Source: an uncultured Anaeroplasmataceae bacterium (GTDB taxonomy: Bacteria > Bacillota_I > Bacilli_A > Acholeplasmatales > Anaeroplasmataceae). From it: a DNA stretch of 64,000 nucleotides. Shown one piece after another: positions 11,611 through 21,079 of this stretch. A model generated the notes under the pieces. The model was given only the letters and a program-made list of their open reading frames with translations. It searched no databases and was not told the origin of the DNA. Position 1 is the stretch's first letter. Each line of letters starts with the position of its first letter. The DNA lies in NCBI GenBank assembly GCA_947629825.1, contig CANRFF010000002.1, positions 25,875-89,874 on the forward strand, given 5' to 3'. Both the position numbers and the translations under genes were made by a program.

Positions 11611-12288
11611 ATGAAAGACAAAATTAAAAGATTTTTGATAGACAAAAAGGAATTATTAGTGTTTATCGCAGTTGTGGTTGTGGTTTTTGCGACGGTAATT
11701 ACGATTGCATCGCTGGCGTTATCCGATGTTCCGGCAGTAAATGATGATCCGAGCATCAATGAACCGTCAAAAGGTGATGAGAATCCTTCCGGTAGCCAGA
11801 CTCCGACGAATCCGACGCCGACCATTGTAAAGTTTGCTCTTCCGATTTCGGGGGCTTATGAAGTGATTCGTACGTTCTTTGATCCGGCATTATCGGATGA
11901 AGAATTGGTATCTGCCGTCATCTCCAACGGAAGTTCTTTCGAAGAATCCAAGGGAATGAGCTATGCCAAAGCAGACAACAGCGTATTTGAAGTTTCTGCC
12001 ATTTACGACGGCGAAGTTGTTTCGGTAGAACAAGATGATTTGGATGGCACCACGGTAACAATTCAACATTCCAATGATGTAGTCAGCGTTTATTATTCCT
12101 TGTCCGATGTCGTTGTTCAAGTAAAGGATAAAGTGACATGCGGTCAAAAAATTGCCTTAGCGTCCACATCGATGAAAGATGTAGAAGCAGGTGTACATGT
12201 TCATTTGGAAGTCAAAGTGAATAATACATTTGTAAATCCGGCGTCTGTATTCGGTAAAGAATTGGCAGAAGTCGCAGCGACAAAGTAA
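11611..12288 (+). CDS. spoIIQ: SpoIIQ-like membrane-anchored protein with a degenerate LytM (M23) domain
   Basis: N-terminal TM segment, a Pro/Thr-rich linker, then SKGMSY...TIQHSNDVVSVYYSL...GVHVHLEV. This aligns with B. subtilis SpoIIQ (SQGIDL...HVHFEI). The start is ATG 11611, after a GAGGTG RBS. Confidence 0.7.
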   Translation: MKDKIKRFLIDKKELLVFIAVVVVVFATVITIASLALSDVPAVNDDPSINEPSKGDENPSGSQTPTNPTPTIVKFALPISGAYEVIRTFFDPALSDEELVSAVISNGSSFEESKGMSYAKADNSVFEVSAIYDGEVVSVEQDDLDGTTVTIQHSNDVVSVYYSLSDVVVQVKDKVTCGQKIALASTSMKDVEAGVHVHLEVKVNNTFVNPASVFGKELAEVAATK

Positions 12289-12311
12289 AATGAGGCAAAC
12301 GCCTCATTTTT
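12288..12311 (+). terminator. Rho-independent terminator
   Basis: AAATGAGGC (12288-12296) pairs with GCCTCATTT (12301-12309), followed by T. Confidence 0.65.
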
Positions 12312-12356
12312 GCATATTTGTTTTCTCAATCGCATATTTAATACTGGGTGATTGGG

Positions 12357-12608
12357 ATGAAAGAAATCGATCAAAGAGTCATAGAAATGGCGAATTTGAT
12401 GATTGATGGGCAAAGAACCGTGCGAGAAGTGGCCAAAATCGTCGGATATTGCAAATCGACGGTACATCATGATTTGACAACCAAATTGGAAACGATTGAC
12501 TATCCTTTATATTTAGAAGTAAAGTCGTTGTTGGAATACAATAAAAAAGTTCGCCATTTGCGAGGTGGCGAAGCGACAAGACTCAAGTATCAATCGAAAT
12601 CTCGATAG
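12357..12608 (+). CDS. spoIIID: Stage III sporulation protein D (mother-cell transcription factor)
   Basis: TVREVAKIVGYCKSTVHHDL...LEYNKKVRHLRGGEATRLKY closely parallels B. subtilis SpoIIID (TVRVIAKEFGVSKSTVHKDL...HKSIRHLRGGEATKLKY). Confidence 0.9.
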   Translation: MKEIDQRVIEMANLMIDGQRTVREVAKIVGYCKSTVHHDLTTKLETIDYPLYLEVKSLLEYNKKVRHLRGGEATRLKYQSKSR

Positions 12609-13203
12609 AAAATTCTTTGTAAGATTCGATAACGACATCGGCCAATTTCCATTGAGCCAAATCTTTTTCTATTTTGAAATAATCCAAAAGCGCACAGTGA
12701 ACTTCCATTATGACATTTTCCATAAAGGAAGTTTTTTCTATGGTCAGATAATTGAATTTTTTTTGAATGGTCGAATAAGAAGAATAAGAAGCAATCAACC
12801 GAAAACAAGCCCTTTTCTGCGTTTGGAAAAACGTTGCTTGTTTTAAAACTTCTGTAGCGGAACTGCGATAAGCCCGAATCAATCCGCTCGCTCCCAGAAG
12901 AGTACCTCCGAAATATCTCGTAACCACCAAAAGCACATTGGTAACTTCTTGTTTTTCCAAGACGTCCAGAATCGGAGCGCCGGCGGTTTTGGCAGGCTCG
13001 CCGTCGTCATTGGCTTTTTGGATTTCCACGGGATCGTTCAAGCGATAGGCATAACAATGATGTGTCGCATCGTAATACTTTTTTTGAATCTCCGCCAAAA
13101 TTTGATTGACTTCTTCTGACGTATTTACCCGAAACAGATCGGCAATAAAACGGGATTTTTGAATGACGATGGTATTTTCGAAATGTCCCTGAATCAATTT
13201 CAT
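12583..13203 (-). CDS. YigZ/IMPACT family protein (UPF0029)
   Basis: VIQKSRFIA...KKYYDATHHCYAYRL...DDGEPAKTAGAPIL matches the IMPACT N-terminal domain. Its 3' end overlaps the spoIIID 3' end by 26 nt. Confidence 0.8.
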   Translation of the reverse strand: MKLIQGHFENTIVIQKSRFIADLFRVNTSEEVNQILAEIQKKYYDATHHCYAYRLNDPVEIQKANDDGEPAKTAGAPILDVLEKQEVTNVLLVVTRYFGGTLLGASGLIRAYRSSATEVLKQATFFQTQKRACFRLIASYSSYSTIQKKFNYLTIEKTSFMENVIMEVHCALLDYFKIEKDLAQWKLADVVIESYKEFSIEISIDT

Positions 13204-13328
13204 AGTTCTCACCGAGTTTATTATACAAAAAACCGTCGGCTTTTACAAATTATATGTTTTAAAAAAAGAGGTTTTATGATATACTTAAATTGTTCTTTCA
13301 GACAAATTCGGATCGGTTGGTGTTCCAT

Positions 13329-14414
13329 ATGAATTTATTGGAAAAAGGGATAGAAATCATCAAAAGAATTACCGCTTCCGGCTATCAGGCATATATTGTA
13401 GGTGGGGCAGTCAGAGATCAGTTTTTGAATTTGCCTGTGGAAGATATTGATATCGCCACCGACGCACCGTTTGAAATTTTGAAAAACCAATTTGAAATTG
13501 TCGATGTAACCGGACAGATGTACGGGAATGTGAAAATCGTATTTGAACGGGATTTATTTGAAATTACCCGATTTCGAAAGGATACGTCCTATGAGAATCA
13601 TCGTCATCCCGTCATTGAATTCGTCTCTTCGATCGATGAAGATCTGATTCGTCGGGATTTTACGATGAATGCGTTGGCACTGGATCGGAATCATCGGATT
13701 TTGGATTTGTTTGACGGACGTTCGGATATTCAAAAACGAATCATTCGGACGATCGGCGATCCGAAAATTCGATTCGAAGAAGACGCTTTGAGGGTTTTAA
13801 GAGCAATTTATTTTTGCGGAAAATTGAATTTTCAGTTGGATTCTTCGCTGAAGCAAGCCATTTTGGAAAAAGATTATGTGGGATATCTTCCGAAAGAACG
13901 GGTTTTGAAAATGCTTGAAAAGATCATTTCTTATCCGCTTTCCATTGAAAAAGCAGTTCAACTGCAAGTTTTCAGAGGATTTCCGTTTTATCAGTTGTTG
14001 ATAGAAATTTGTCAAAAAATGAACGTCGGCTATCGGGACGCTTATTTGGTTTTTTATATGCGACATCATTTTTTTCCGTCTGACGAACCGATTTCCAAGC
14101 AATTGAAAAAACAGGCTCGGGACGTGGATCGGTTGGCGGTGGAAAATTTTTCCAAAGAGGTGCTGTACCGCTCTTCTCCGGCGGCAATCCGCAAGGCGAT
14201 CGATCTTCAGAATCGCATCGATTTTGAAGTGTTGAAAAACAGGAATGTATGGAAAGAATATGAAGATTTGCCGATTCATTCTTTGGCGGATATTGTGATT
14301 GATCTTCGCTCTTTTTCCGTTTTTCAAAGAAAAGAAATCGAAAAAGAGTTGTTGGAAGGAAATTTGAAAAACGAAGAAGAAGCCATTTTAAATTTTATGA
14401 AATTGAGGTTTTGA
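13329..14414 (+). CDS. cca: CCA-adding tRNA nucleotidyltransferase
   Basis: YIVGGAVRD...DIDIAT and RDFTMNA motifs. The start is placed at ATG 13329 (MNLLEKG). Confidence 0.85.
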   Translation: MNLLEKGIEIIKRITASGYQAYIVGGAVRDQFLNLPVEDIDIATDAPFEILKNQFEIVDVTGQMYGNVKIVFERDLFEITRFRKDTSYENHRHPVIEFVSSIDEDLIRRDFTMNALALDRNHRILDLFDGRSDIQKRIIRTIGDPKIRFEEDALRVLRAIYFCGKLNFQLDSSLKQAILEKDYVGYLPKERVLKMLEKIISYPLSIEKAVQLQVFRGFPFYQLLIEICQKMNVGYRDAYLVFYMRHHFFPSDEPISKQLKKQARDVDRLAVENFSKEVLYRSSPAAIRKAIDLQNRIDFEVLKNRNVWKEYEDLPIHSLADIVIDLRSFSVFQRKEIEKELLEGNLKNEEEAILNFMKLRF

Positions 14415-14417
14415 TGG

Positions 14418-16487
14418 ATGCAATATAAAATGTCTGCATATATTGATTCTTACGACGATATTACGTTGTTGGTGGATAAAAAAGTGAAATACAAAGGGAA
14501 ATCTTTCTTTTTGTATCAGGAACAAACTTTGATTGAAGAGTTGAAAATCAATTTTCATTGTATCGAACGGAATTTTATCAAATACGGTTTAAAATATCAA
14601 AACCCACTCTGCCTGCATAAAGAATATATGATCATGGACGATTTGCATCATATGATTCCGCTTTATACGGGAAGTATTATTCGGACGGCGGAATTCGAAG
14701 CGCAGTATTTTTATGACGGACCGTTGGGAGTGGAATATCATCCGGCGGAAACGGTATTTCGTCTTTGGTCGCCGGTTGCCAGAGCCATTCGTTTGGAATT
14801 ACGGAAAAACGGAAAATCGACGTATTATGAAATGATGTATCGGGAAAAAGGGTTGTGGGAATTGAGACTGATCGGTGATTTGGAAGGATATGCGTATGTT
14901 TATTATGTGAAAATTTTTTCCAAACCGTCGAGGGTTTTGGATCCTTACGGAATTTCTTCTTCCGCAAACGGATTATATAATTATATCGTCAATCCGGAAA
15001 AATTTTATCAAATGAAATATGAAAAACCGTATTTTTCGGGCTATTATACCGATGCGGTGATATATGAAGCGAATATTCGCGATATGACGTCGTCGTTGAC
15101 TACGTCAGAGAAAGGAACGTTTTCGGGAATTTTGAATCCCGATCGCTCAACGGACATTTTGAAATATCTTCGGAATTTGGGAATCACTCATCTGCAGTGG
15201 ATGCCGATTTTCGATTTCGGCGGTGTCGATGATCTTCACAAAGACCGTGCTTATAACTGGGGATATAATCCCGAACAGTACTTTGTGCCGAGCGGATGGT
15301 ATTCCTCGGATCCCGACGATCCTTATGAAAGAATCAATGAGTTGTTGAAACTGATTGATGAGATTCATCATGCGGGTCTTCGGGTCAATATGGATGTCGT
15401 ATACAATCATGTGTTCCAACAGAAGACGTTTCCGTTTGATTTGTTGGTTCCGGGCTACTTTTATCGGGTGGATTTTTATGGAAATCCGACGAATGTGTCC
15501 GGCTGCGGAAACGATCTGGCAACCGAAAAAAGAATGTGTTCCCGTTTTATTGTCGACAATTTGAAATATTGGGCCAAGACCTTTTCCGTTTCCGGATTCC
15601 GATTTGATTTAATGGGACTTCTGGATATTGAAACATTGAAACAGGCGTATCGGGAATTACTGCAGATCGAACCGAATCTCATGGTATACGGCGAAGGGTG
15701 GAATATGCCGAATACGATTCCGGATGCCTATCGTCCGCATGCGTTCAACTATTATAAAATTCCCACTTATGCGTTTTTCAATGATAAATACAGAGACTTT
15801 CTGAAAGGAAATCAGTGGAACGCTTTGGCGGGATATGCATTTGGAAATACCGATTCTTTGGCGGATATCCGGGAACTTTTGGCGGGAAGTTGTCTCCATC
15901 AGTATAAATTCAACAATCCGAATCAAACGATCAACTATGTCGAATGTCATGACAATTATACGTTTTTCGATTACGGAAGTTATCGTTTGAAATTTTCGGA
16001 AGAACAAGTGCTGAAAGCGGCGAGATTGGCGTTGCAGATGATCTGTATTTCCCAAGGGGTTCCGTTTATTCATGCGGGAGAAGAATTTTACAGAACCAAA
16101 CAGGGAGTGGAAAATTCGTATAATTATCCGGACGATATCAACCGTTGGGATGAGGATCGGAAACAGAAGTATTTTGAAGAAATCAAAGGAATCGAAGATC
16201 TTCTTGCGATCCGTAGAGAATATCCGGAATTTCGTTTGAGAAATTGTTTTGATATCGAGAAAAAAATGCATTTTATCGACAATTTTTCCAAAAACGGAAA
16301 ACTTTGTTTCGTGTTGGAAGGAAACAAATATTTATTGACGGTTTTTGTGAAAAATACCGATGTCGAGGAAACGATTTTTTTGCCGAATCACGATATGATT
16401 TTTGACGGTCATCACGGCTGTCTCGAACAAAAGAAGACGTACTGTCTGAAAGATGTCGGAGTTTATATTTTTAAGGAGATGCGCTAA
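14418..16487 (+). CDS. Type I pullulanase (GH13), cytoplasmic (no signal peptide)
   Basis: YNWGYNP signature together with GFRFDLMG, EGW and ECHDN catalytic blocks. Confidence 0.9.
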   Translation: MQYKMSAYIDSYDDITLLVDKKVKYKGKSFFLYQEQTLIEELKINFHCIERNFIKYGLKYQNPLCLHKEYMIMDDLHHMIPLYTGSIIRTAEFEAQYFYDGPLGVEYHPAETVFRLWSPVARAIRLELRKNGKSTYYEMMYREKGLWELRLIGDLEGYAYVYYVKIFSKPSRVLDPYGISSSANGLYNYIVNPEKFYQMKYEKPYFSGYYTDAVIYEANIRDMTSSLTTSEKGTFSGILNPDRSTDILKYLRNLGITHLQWMPIFDFGGVDDLHKDRAYNWGYNPEQYFVPSGWYSSDPDDPYERINELLKLIDEIHHAGLRVNMDVVYNHVFQQKTFPFDLLVPGYFYRVDFYGNPTNVSGCGNDLATEKRMCSRFIVDNLKYWAKTFSVSGFRFDLMGLLDIETLKQAYRELLQIEPNLMVYGEGWNMPNTIPDAYRPHAFNYYKIPTYAFFNDKYRDFLKGNQWNALAGYAFGNTDSLADIRELLAGSCLHQYKFNNPNQTINYVECHDNYTFFDYGSYRLKFSEEQVLKAARLALQMICISQGVPFIHAGEEFYRTKQGVENSYNYPDDINRWDEDRKQKYFEEIKGIEDLLAIRREYPEFRLRNCFDIEKKMHFIDNFSKNGKLCFVLEGNKYLLTVFVKNTDVEETIFLPNHDMIFDGHHGCLEQKKTYCLKDVGVYIFKEMR

Positions 16488-17371
16488 TGGAAATAATAGG
16501 AAAAATCATCGGAATGAATACTTCGAACGGATTATTGAATTTATTGGTTACCAATACGGTGAAAACACAGTACAATTTGAAAATCTCTCTTTCGGAAGAA
16601 CCTCATTTGCATCTTGGGGATATTTTGGTTTTTGATGTGGTACAACACCAAAGAGAACGAATCAGTTATCATATCGAAAGTTATCGTCCCGTAGAGACGT
16701 TGGGACTTTCATCTGCGGATGAAGTATTCAGAGAGTTTCTGCCCGCTTCCCCGCTTTCTTTGACCGAAGCGAAAGCGATTGTCGAAGCCAAAGTAGAAGC
16801 CATTGAAAACAAAACCATTCAAACCATCACGAAAGAACTGCTTCATCAGTATGAATACGGGTTTTATATTTTTCCGGCAGCGATGCGGATGCATCATAAT
16901 TATGTGGGTGGACTGGCATATCACTGTATCAGTATGCTGAATCTGGCGGAAGGCCTTTTGAAAAATTATACGTATCTGAATGCCGATTATCTGATATCGG
17001 GAATTTTGTTGCATGATATCGGGAAAATCATTGAATTGTCCGGACCGGTCAATTCGGAATTTACACTGGACGGACAGTTGTTGGGACATTTGGTCATCGG
17101 CACGTTGGAACTGGAGAAAGCCGCTCTTCGACTTCATTTGGAAAATACCGAAGAAGTTCGTCTTTTAAAACATCTTTTGATTTCGCATCACGGACAACCT
17201 CAATTCGGAGCGGCGAAAAAACCGATGACTCCGGAAGCCCTTGCCCTTTGGTTTTTGGATACGATCGATTCCAAATTTCGTGTTTTGGGCGAAGAATTGG
17301 ATAAAACGGATCCGAAGACGTTTACGGAAAATATTGCGGTTCTGGATCGTGCCAGAATCTATAAAATATAA
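16487..17371 (+). CDS. yhaM: 3'-5' exoribonuclease YhaM (OB-fold + HD domain)
   Basis: HHNYVGGLAYH and LLHDIGK HD motifs, plus HHGQPQFGA. Its ATG overlaps the pullulanase stop. Confidence 0.85.
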   Translation: MEIIGKIIGMNTSNGLLNLLVTNTVKTQYNLKISLSEEPHLHLGDILVFDVVQHQRERISYHIESYRPVETLGLSSADEVFREFLPASPLSLTEAKAIVEAKVEAIENKTIQTITKELLHQYEYGFYIFPAAMRMHHNYVGGLAYHCISMLNLAEGLLKNYTYLNADYLISGILLHDIGKIIELSGPVNSEFTLDGQLLGHLVIGTLELEKAALRLHLENTEEVRLLKHLLISHHGQPQFGAAKKPMTPEALALWFLDTIDSKFRVLGEELDKTDPKTFTENIAVLDRARIYKI

Positions 17372-17383
17372 TGGAAAGATTTC

Positions 17384-17412
17384 TTGAATTTCGAATGCCT
17401 TTTAGGTATAAT
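17384..17412 (+). promoter_or_regulatory. Sigma-A promoter of the pheST leader
   Basis: TTGAAT (17384-17389), a 17-nt spacer, then TATAAT (17407-17412). Confidence 0.65.
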
Positions 17413-17418
17413 ATAAAT

Positions 17419-17645
17419 GTTATAGGAAAATGAAGATAAAAGCCGTGATAAAAAGAACCCATAAAAGAGAGGAAATGCAAGGTGGGAGATTTCCATGGAA
17501 GTATTTTTATGAATTCACTTTTGGAATGATGAAAATCCGTAATTCTGCGTTAAAGAAAACGAGTGCCATAAATGATTTTATGGAACTAAGGTGGTACCGC
17601 GAGTCATTCGTCCTTAGAGTGTAAATTCTAAGGGCTTTTATTTTT
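17419..17645 (+). promoter_or_regulatory. T-box leader (Phe specifier UUC) with intrinsic terminator
   Basis: AGAGAGG and GGTGGGA stem-I elements are present. The specifier is GAA-TTC-A at 17514-17516. The T-box motif is AACTAAGGTGGTACCGCG. The terminator pairs 17610-17618 with 17627-17635 and ends in a T-run. Confidence 0.9.
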
Positions 17646-17664
17646 AAAGAAAAGGAATGGGACT

Positions 17665-18702
17665 ATGGAAAATTTGGAATTGGAACAAGTGGAAAAAAAG
17701 GTAGAGGAAGAGTTGTCTGCGGTAGAAGATATGAACGCTTTACAACAGACCAAGGCCAATTATTTGGGAAAGAAAGGAATCATTGCCCAAATGATGAGCA
17801 ATTTGAAAGATCTCAGTATCGAAGCCCGGAAAGAACTCGGGATGAAATCGAATCTTCTCAAACAGTCTTTGGAAAGGAAATTCGAAGAACACCGGAAATT
17901 TTTGGAAGATAAAATGATTCAAAAAAAATTGGAAAACGAGCGAATCGATGTGACCTTGCCGGGAGTCCGGTTCAAGTGCGGAACGATTCATCCGCTTCAA
18001 AAAACCATCATGGATCTGGAAGATTTGTATATCGGTATGGGATATACGGTTGCGGAAGGGCCGGAAATCGAAACGGATGAAAATTGTTTTGAAAAATTGA
18101 ATTTGCCGAAAGGTCATCCGGCAAGAGATATGCAGGATACGTTTTATATCGGACCGGAATGGTTACTGAGAAGTCAGACGTCTCCGATTCAGGTTCGGAC
18201 GATGCTTGCCAAAGAAGGCAAACCGATCAAAATCATTTGTCCGGGAAAGGTGTACCGTCGGGATGCGGACGATGCGACGCATTCTCATCAATTTATGCAA
18301 TGTGAGGGATTGGTTCTCGGCAAAGATATCACTATGGCCGATTTAAAAGGGGCTCTTTTGGAAATGGCGAAAATGATGTTCGGCGAGGATCGGAAAATTC
18401 GCTTGCGTCCTTCGTTTTTTCCGTTTACGGAACCGTCGGTGGAAGTTGATGTTTCCTGTGCCAAATGCGGAGGAAGCGGTTGTGCGATGTGTAAAAATAC
18501 CGGTTGGATCGAAATTCTGGGAGCCGGAATGGTCAACAACAATGTTTTGAGAATGTGCGGATATGATCCGAACGAAATTCAAGGATATGCGTTCGGAATC
18601 GGCGTTGAACGAGTTACGATGTTGAAATATCATATTGACGATATTCGGAATTTCTATATCAACGATGTCCGGTTTTTGAATCAATTCAAGGAGGTAAAGT
18701 AA
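17665..18702 (+). CDS. pheS: Phenylalanine--tRNA ligase alpha subunit
   Basis: 345 aa with class II motifs (FPFTEPS, GAGMV) and a Cys-rich CAKCGGSGCAMC insert. Confidence 0.97.
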   Translation: MENLELEQVEKKVEEELSAVEDMNALQQTKANYLGKKGIIAQMMSNLKDLSIEARKELGMKSNLLKQSLERKFEEHRKFLEDKMIQKKLENERIDVTLPGVRFKCGTIHPLQKTIMDLEDLYIGMGYTVAEGPEIETDENCFEKLNLPKGHPARDMQDTFYIGPEWLLRSQTSPIQVRTMLAKEGKPIKIICPGKVYRRDADDATHSHQFMQCEGLVLGKDITMADLKGALLEMAKMMFGEDRKIRLRPSFFPFTEPSVEVDVSCAKCGGSGCAMCKNTGWIEILGAGMVNNNVLRMCGYDPNEIQGYAFGIGVERVTMLKYHIDDIRNFYINDVRFLNQFKEVK

Positions 18703-18703
18703 A

Positions 18704-21079
18704 ATGAAAGTTTCTAAGAATTGGTTGAGTGAATATTTGGATTTGTCGAAAGAAAGCGACGAAGAATTATATCAGGTCATTTCTTCTCATATTTGTGAAA
18801 TAGAATCGTATCATAAAATGGTGGAAGCCACTCATCTGACCATTGGAAAAGTATTGGATTGTCAGATGCATCCCAATAGCGATCACTTGCATATCTGTCA
18901 GGTGGAAGTTCGTCCGAATGAAGTGGTACAGATTGTCTGTGGAGCACCGAATGTCCAAGCCGGAAAAAAGGTCATCGTTGCGAATGTCGGAGCGGTGTTG
19001 CCGAACGATTTTAAAATCAAATCTTCTAAGATTCGCGGAGTGGAATCAAACGGAATGCTTTGTTCTTTACAGGAACTCGGAATCGAAGAAAAATATGTGG
19101 AAGAAGAATTCAAAAACGGAATTTATCTGTTTCCGGATGATGCCGTTGTTGGAGAAGATCCGTTGAAATATCTGGATTTTGACGACACAATCATCGATTT
19201 GGACGTCACTTCCAACCGTTCGGATTTATTGTCGGTGGAAGGCGTGGCCTATGATTTGGGAGCGGCACTTCATCGGAAAATAACGACGTTGCTTCCGACG
19301 GTCAAAGAAAGTCAAAAGGTCAATCCGGTACAAGTTCGTATCGAAACGAAAGATTGTTATCAATATCATGCCCGCTATATTCACAATGTGAAAATTCAAC
19401 CTTCTCCGCAGTGGTTGAAAGCCAAATTGATTAAAAGCGGAATCCGCCCGATCAACAATGTGGTGGATATCACCAATTATATTTTGTTGGAATTCGGCCA
19501 ACCGCTTCATGCGTTTGACGCCGACCGTCTTTCCAATCAGATCGTCGTAAGAAATGCCTATGAAAACGAAACGTTGGTAACTTTAGACGGAATCGAACGA
19601 AAATTACTTCCGACCGATGTCGTCATTGCGAATGAACAAGAGGCACTTTGCGTAGCGGGAGTGATGGGAGGTCTTTCTTCCGAAGTGGAACCGACCACGC
19701 AAAATATTGTTTTGGAGGCAGCGGTTTTTTCGCCGATGAGTATTCGTAAAACTTCCGCCCGCTTAGGGTTGAAAAGCGAATCTTCGATGAGATTTGAACG
19801 GAAAGTGGACGAGGATCGTGTGCTCAGGGCATTGGATTATGCCGCTCAGATGTTGGAAGAGTTGGCAGGAGGCGAAGTGTACCGACAAATTGCGGGAATG
19901 ACTTGTCAAAAGGCGGAGCCGAAAGAAGTAACCGTTACTACGGAAAAAATCAATCATGTTTTGGGAACGGCGCTCACCGACGAGGAAGTCCGCCGGATTT
20001 TCGATGACTTACAGTATTCTTACGTCCAAAAACAGAAAGAATATGTGATTACCATTCCTACCAGAAGAATGGATTTGGAAGCGTCCGATCAGGATATCAT
20101 CGAAGATGTCGCAAGAATGAACGGATATGATCGGATTCCGACGACGATTGCGTCGATCAGCGAAAAAGGCGGATACACTTTCAAACAAAAACGGATTCGG
20201 GCGATTCGCAATATTTTCGCCTCTTTGGGAATGAATGAAACCGTTACGTATTCGCTGATTTCCAAAAAAGATTTGGGACTGTATGTCGAACAGGTAAAGC
20301 CGGAAGTGGCGGTATTGATGCCGATGACGGAAGATCATGCGGTAATGCGTCAAAGTCTGTTGAACGGAGTTTTGGATGCCGTTTCGTATAATCGGGCACG
20401 GAAAGTCGAAAATCTGGCCTTTTTCGAAATCGGGAATGTATATACTTCCGAAGAAGAAACGCTTCATTTGGCCGGGGCTCTTTCGGGAATTTTACATAGC
20501 CAACTTTGGAAAGGAGTCAAAGTCGTTTCGGATTTCTATGTGTTGAAAGGATTGTTGGAAGTCTTTTTCGAAAAAATGAATGTAACGGTTACGTATGAAC
20601 CGTATCGAAAAATTCAGACGTTCCATCCGGAACGAACCGCCCGTATTTTTGTTGGGGGGACGCCGATCGGATTTTTGGGAGAATTGCATCCGAGATATGC
20701 CAAAGAAAAAGGATTGTCGGGCTGTGTGGCATTTGAAATGGACTTGACGCCGTTTCTTATTGAAAAAAATCGGTTTGAATATCGTCCTTTGAATAAATAC
20801 CCGACGGTTTCGCGGGATCTTGCGATTGTCGTTGCGAAAGAGGTTCCTTCGGATCAGGTTTTGGAAGTGATTCGGACTTCTGCCAGAAAGAATCTGGTTT
20901 CCGTGGAATTGTTTGATGTTTATATGGGTGAAAATATCGGTGAAAACGAAAAGTCGTTGGCAGTTACTTTGACTTTCGAAGATACGACCAGAACGCTGGA
21001 ATCCGCAGAGGTGGATCAAATGGTTCATTCCATTTTAAAGAAATTGGATGATCGGTTCCATGCGAAGTTAAGGAATTGA
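18704..21079 (+). CDS. pheT: Phenylalanine--tRNA ligase beta subunit
   Basis: 791 aa with the tRNA-binding, B3/4, B5 and FDX-ACB domain order; it sits directly after pheS. Confidence 0.97.
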   Translation: MKVSKNWLSEYLDLSKESDEELYQVISSHICEIESYHKMVEATHLTIGKVLDCQMHPNSDHLHICQVEVRPNEVVQIVCGAPNVQAGKKVIVANVGAVLPNDFKIKSSKIRGVESNGMLCSLQELGIEEKYVEEEFKNGIYLFPDDAVVGEDPLKYLDFDDTIIDLDVTSNRSDLLSVEGVAYDLGAALHRKITTLLPTVKESQKVNPVQVRIETKDCYQYHARYIHNVKIQPSPQWLKAKLIKSGIRPINNVVDITNYILLEFGQPLHAFDADRLSNQIVVRNAYENETLVTLDGIERKLLPTDVVIANEQEALCVAGVMGGLSSEVEPTTQNIVLEAAVFSPMSIRKTSARLGLKSESSMRFERKVDEDRVLRALDYAAQMLEELAGGEVYRQIAGMTCQKAEPKEVTVTTEKINHVLGTALTDEEVRRIFDDLQYSYVQKQKEYVITIPTRRMDLEASDQDIIEDVARMNGYDRIPTTIASISEKGGYTFKQKRIRAIRNIFASLGMNETVTYSLISKKDLGLYVEQVKPEVAVLMPMTEDHAVMRQSLLNGVLDAVSYNRARKVENLAFFEIGNVYTSEEETLHLAGALSGILHSQLWKGVKVVSDFYVLKGLLEVFFEKMNVTVTYEPYRKIQTFHPERTARIFVGGTPIGFLGELHPRYAKEKGLSGCVAFEMDLTPFLIEKNRFEYRPLNKYPTVSRDLAIVVAKEVPSDQVLEVIRTSARKNLVSVELFDVYMGENIGENEKSLAVTLTFEDTTRTLESAEVDQMVHSILKKLDDRFHAKLRN

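Noticed and set aside
12312-12340. Sigma-E-like promoter for spoIIID: GCATATT, 14 nt, then CATATTTA
   Set aside because: The -35 and the spacing fit the sigma-E consensus, but the -10 matches only 5 of 8 positions. The implied transcription start (about 12346-12348) would remove the GGGTGA ribosome-binding site of the ATG at 12357. It is too weak to call.
12583-12608. 26-nt convergent overlap of the spoIIID and yigZ-like 3' ends
   Set aside because: The overlap is real in the sequence, but such short convergent overlaps are common in compact genomes. There is no evidence for regulatory significance.
17430-17624. 64-aa ORF in the ORF track upstream of pheS
   Set aside because: It lies entirely within the Phe T-box leader (stem I, specifier, T-box motif). 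It has no RBS, and the sequence is explained by RNA structure.
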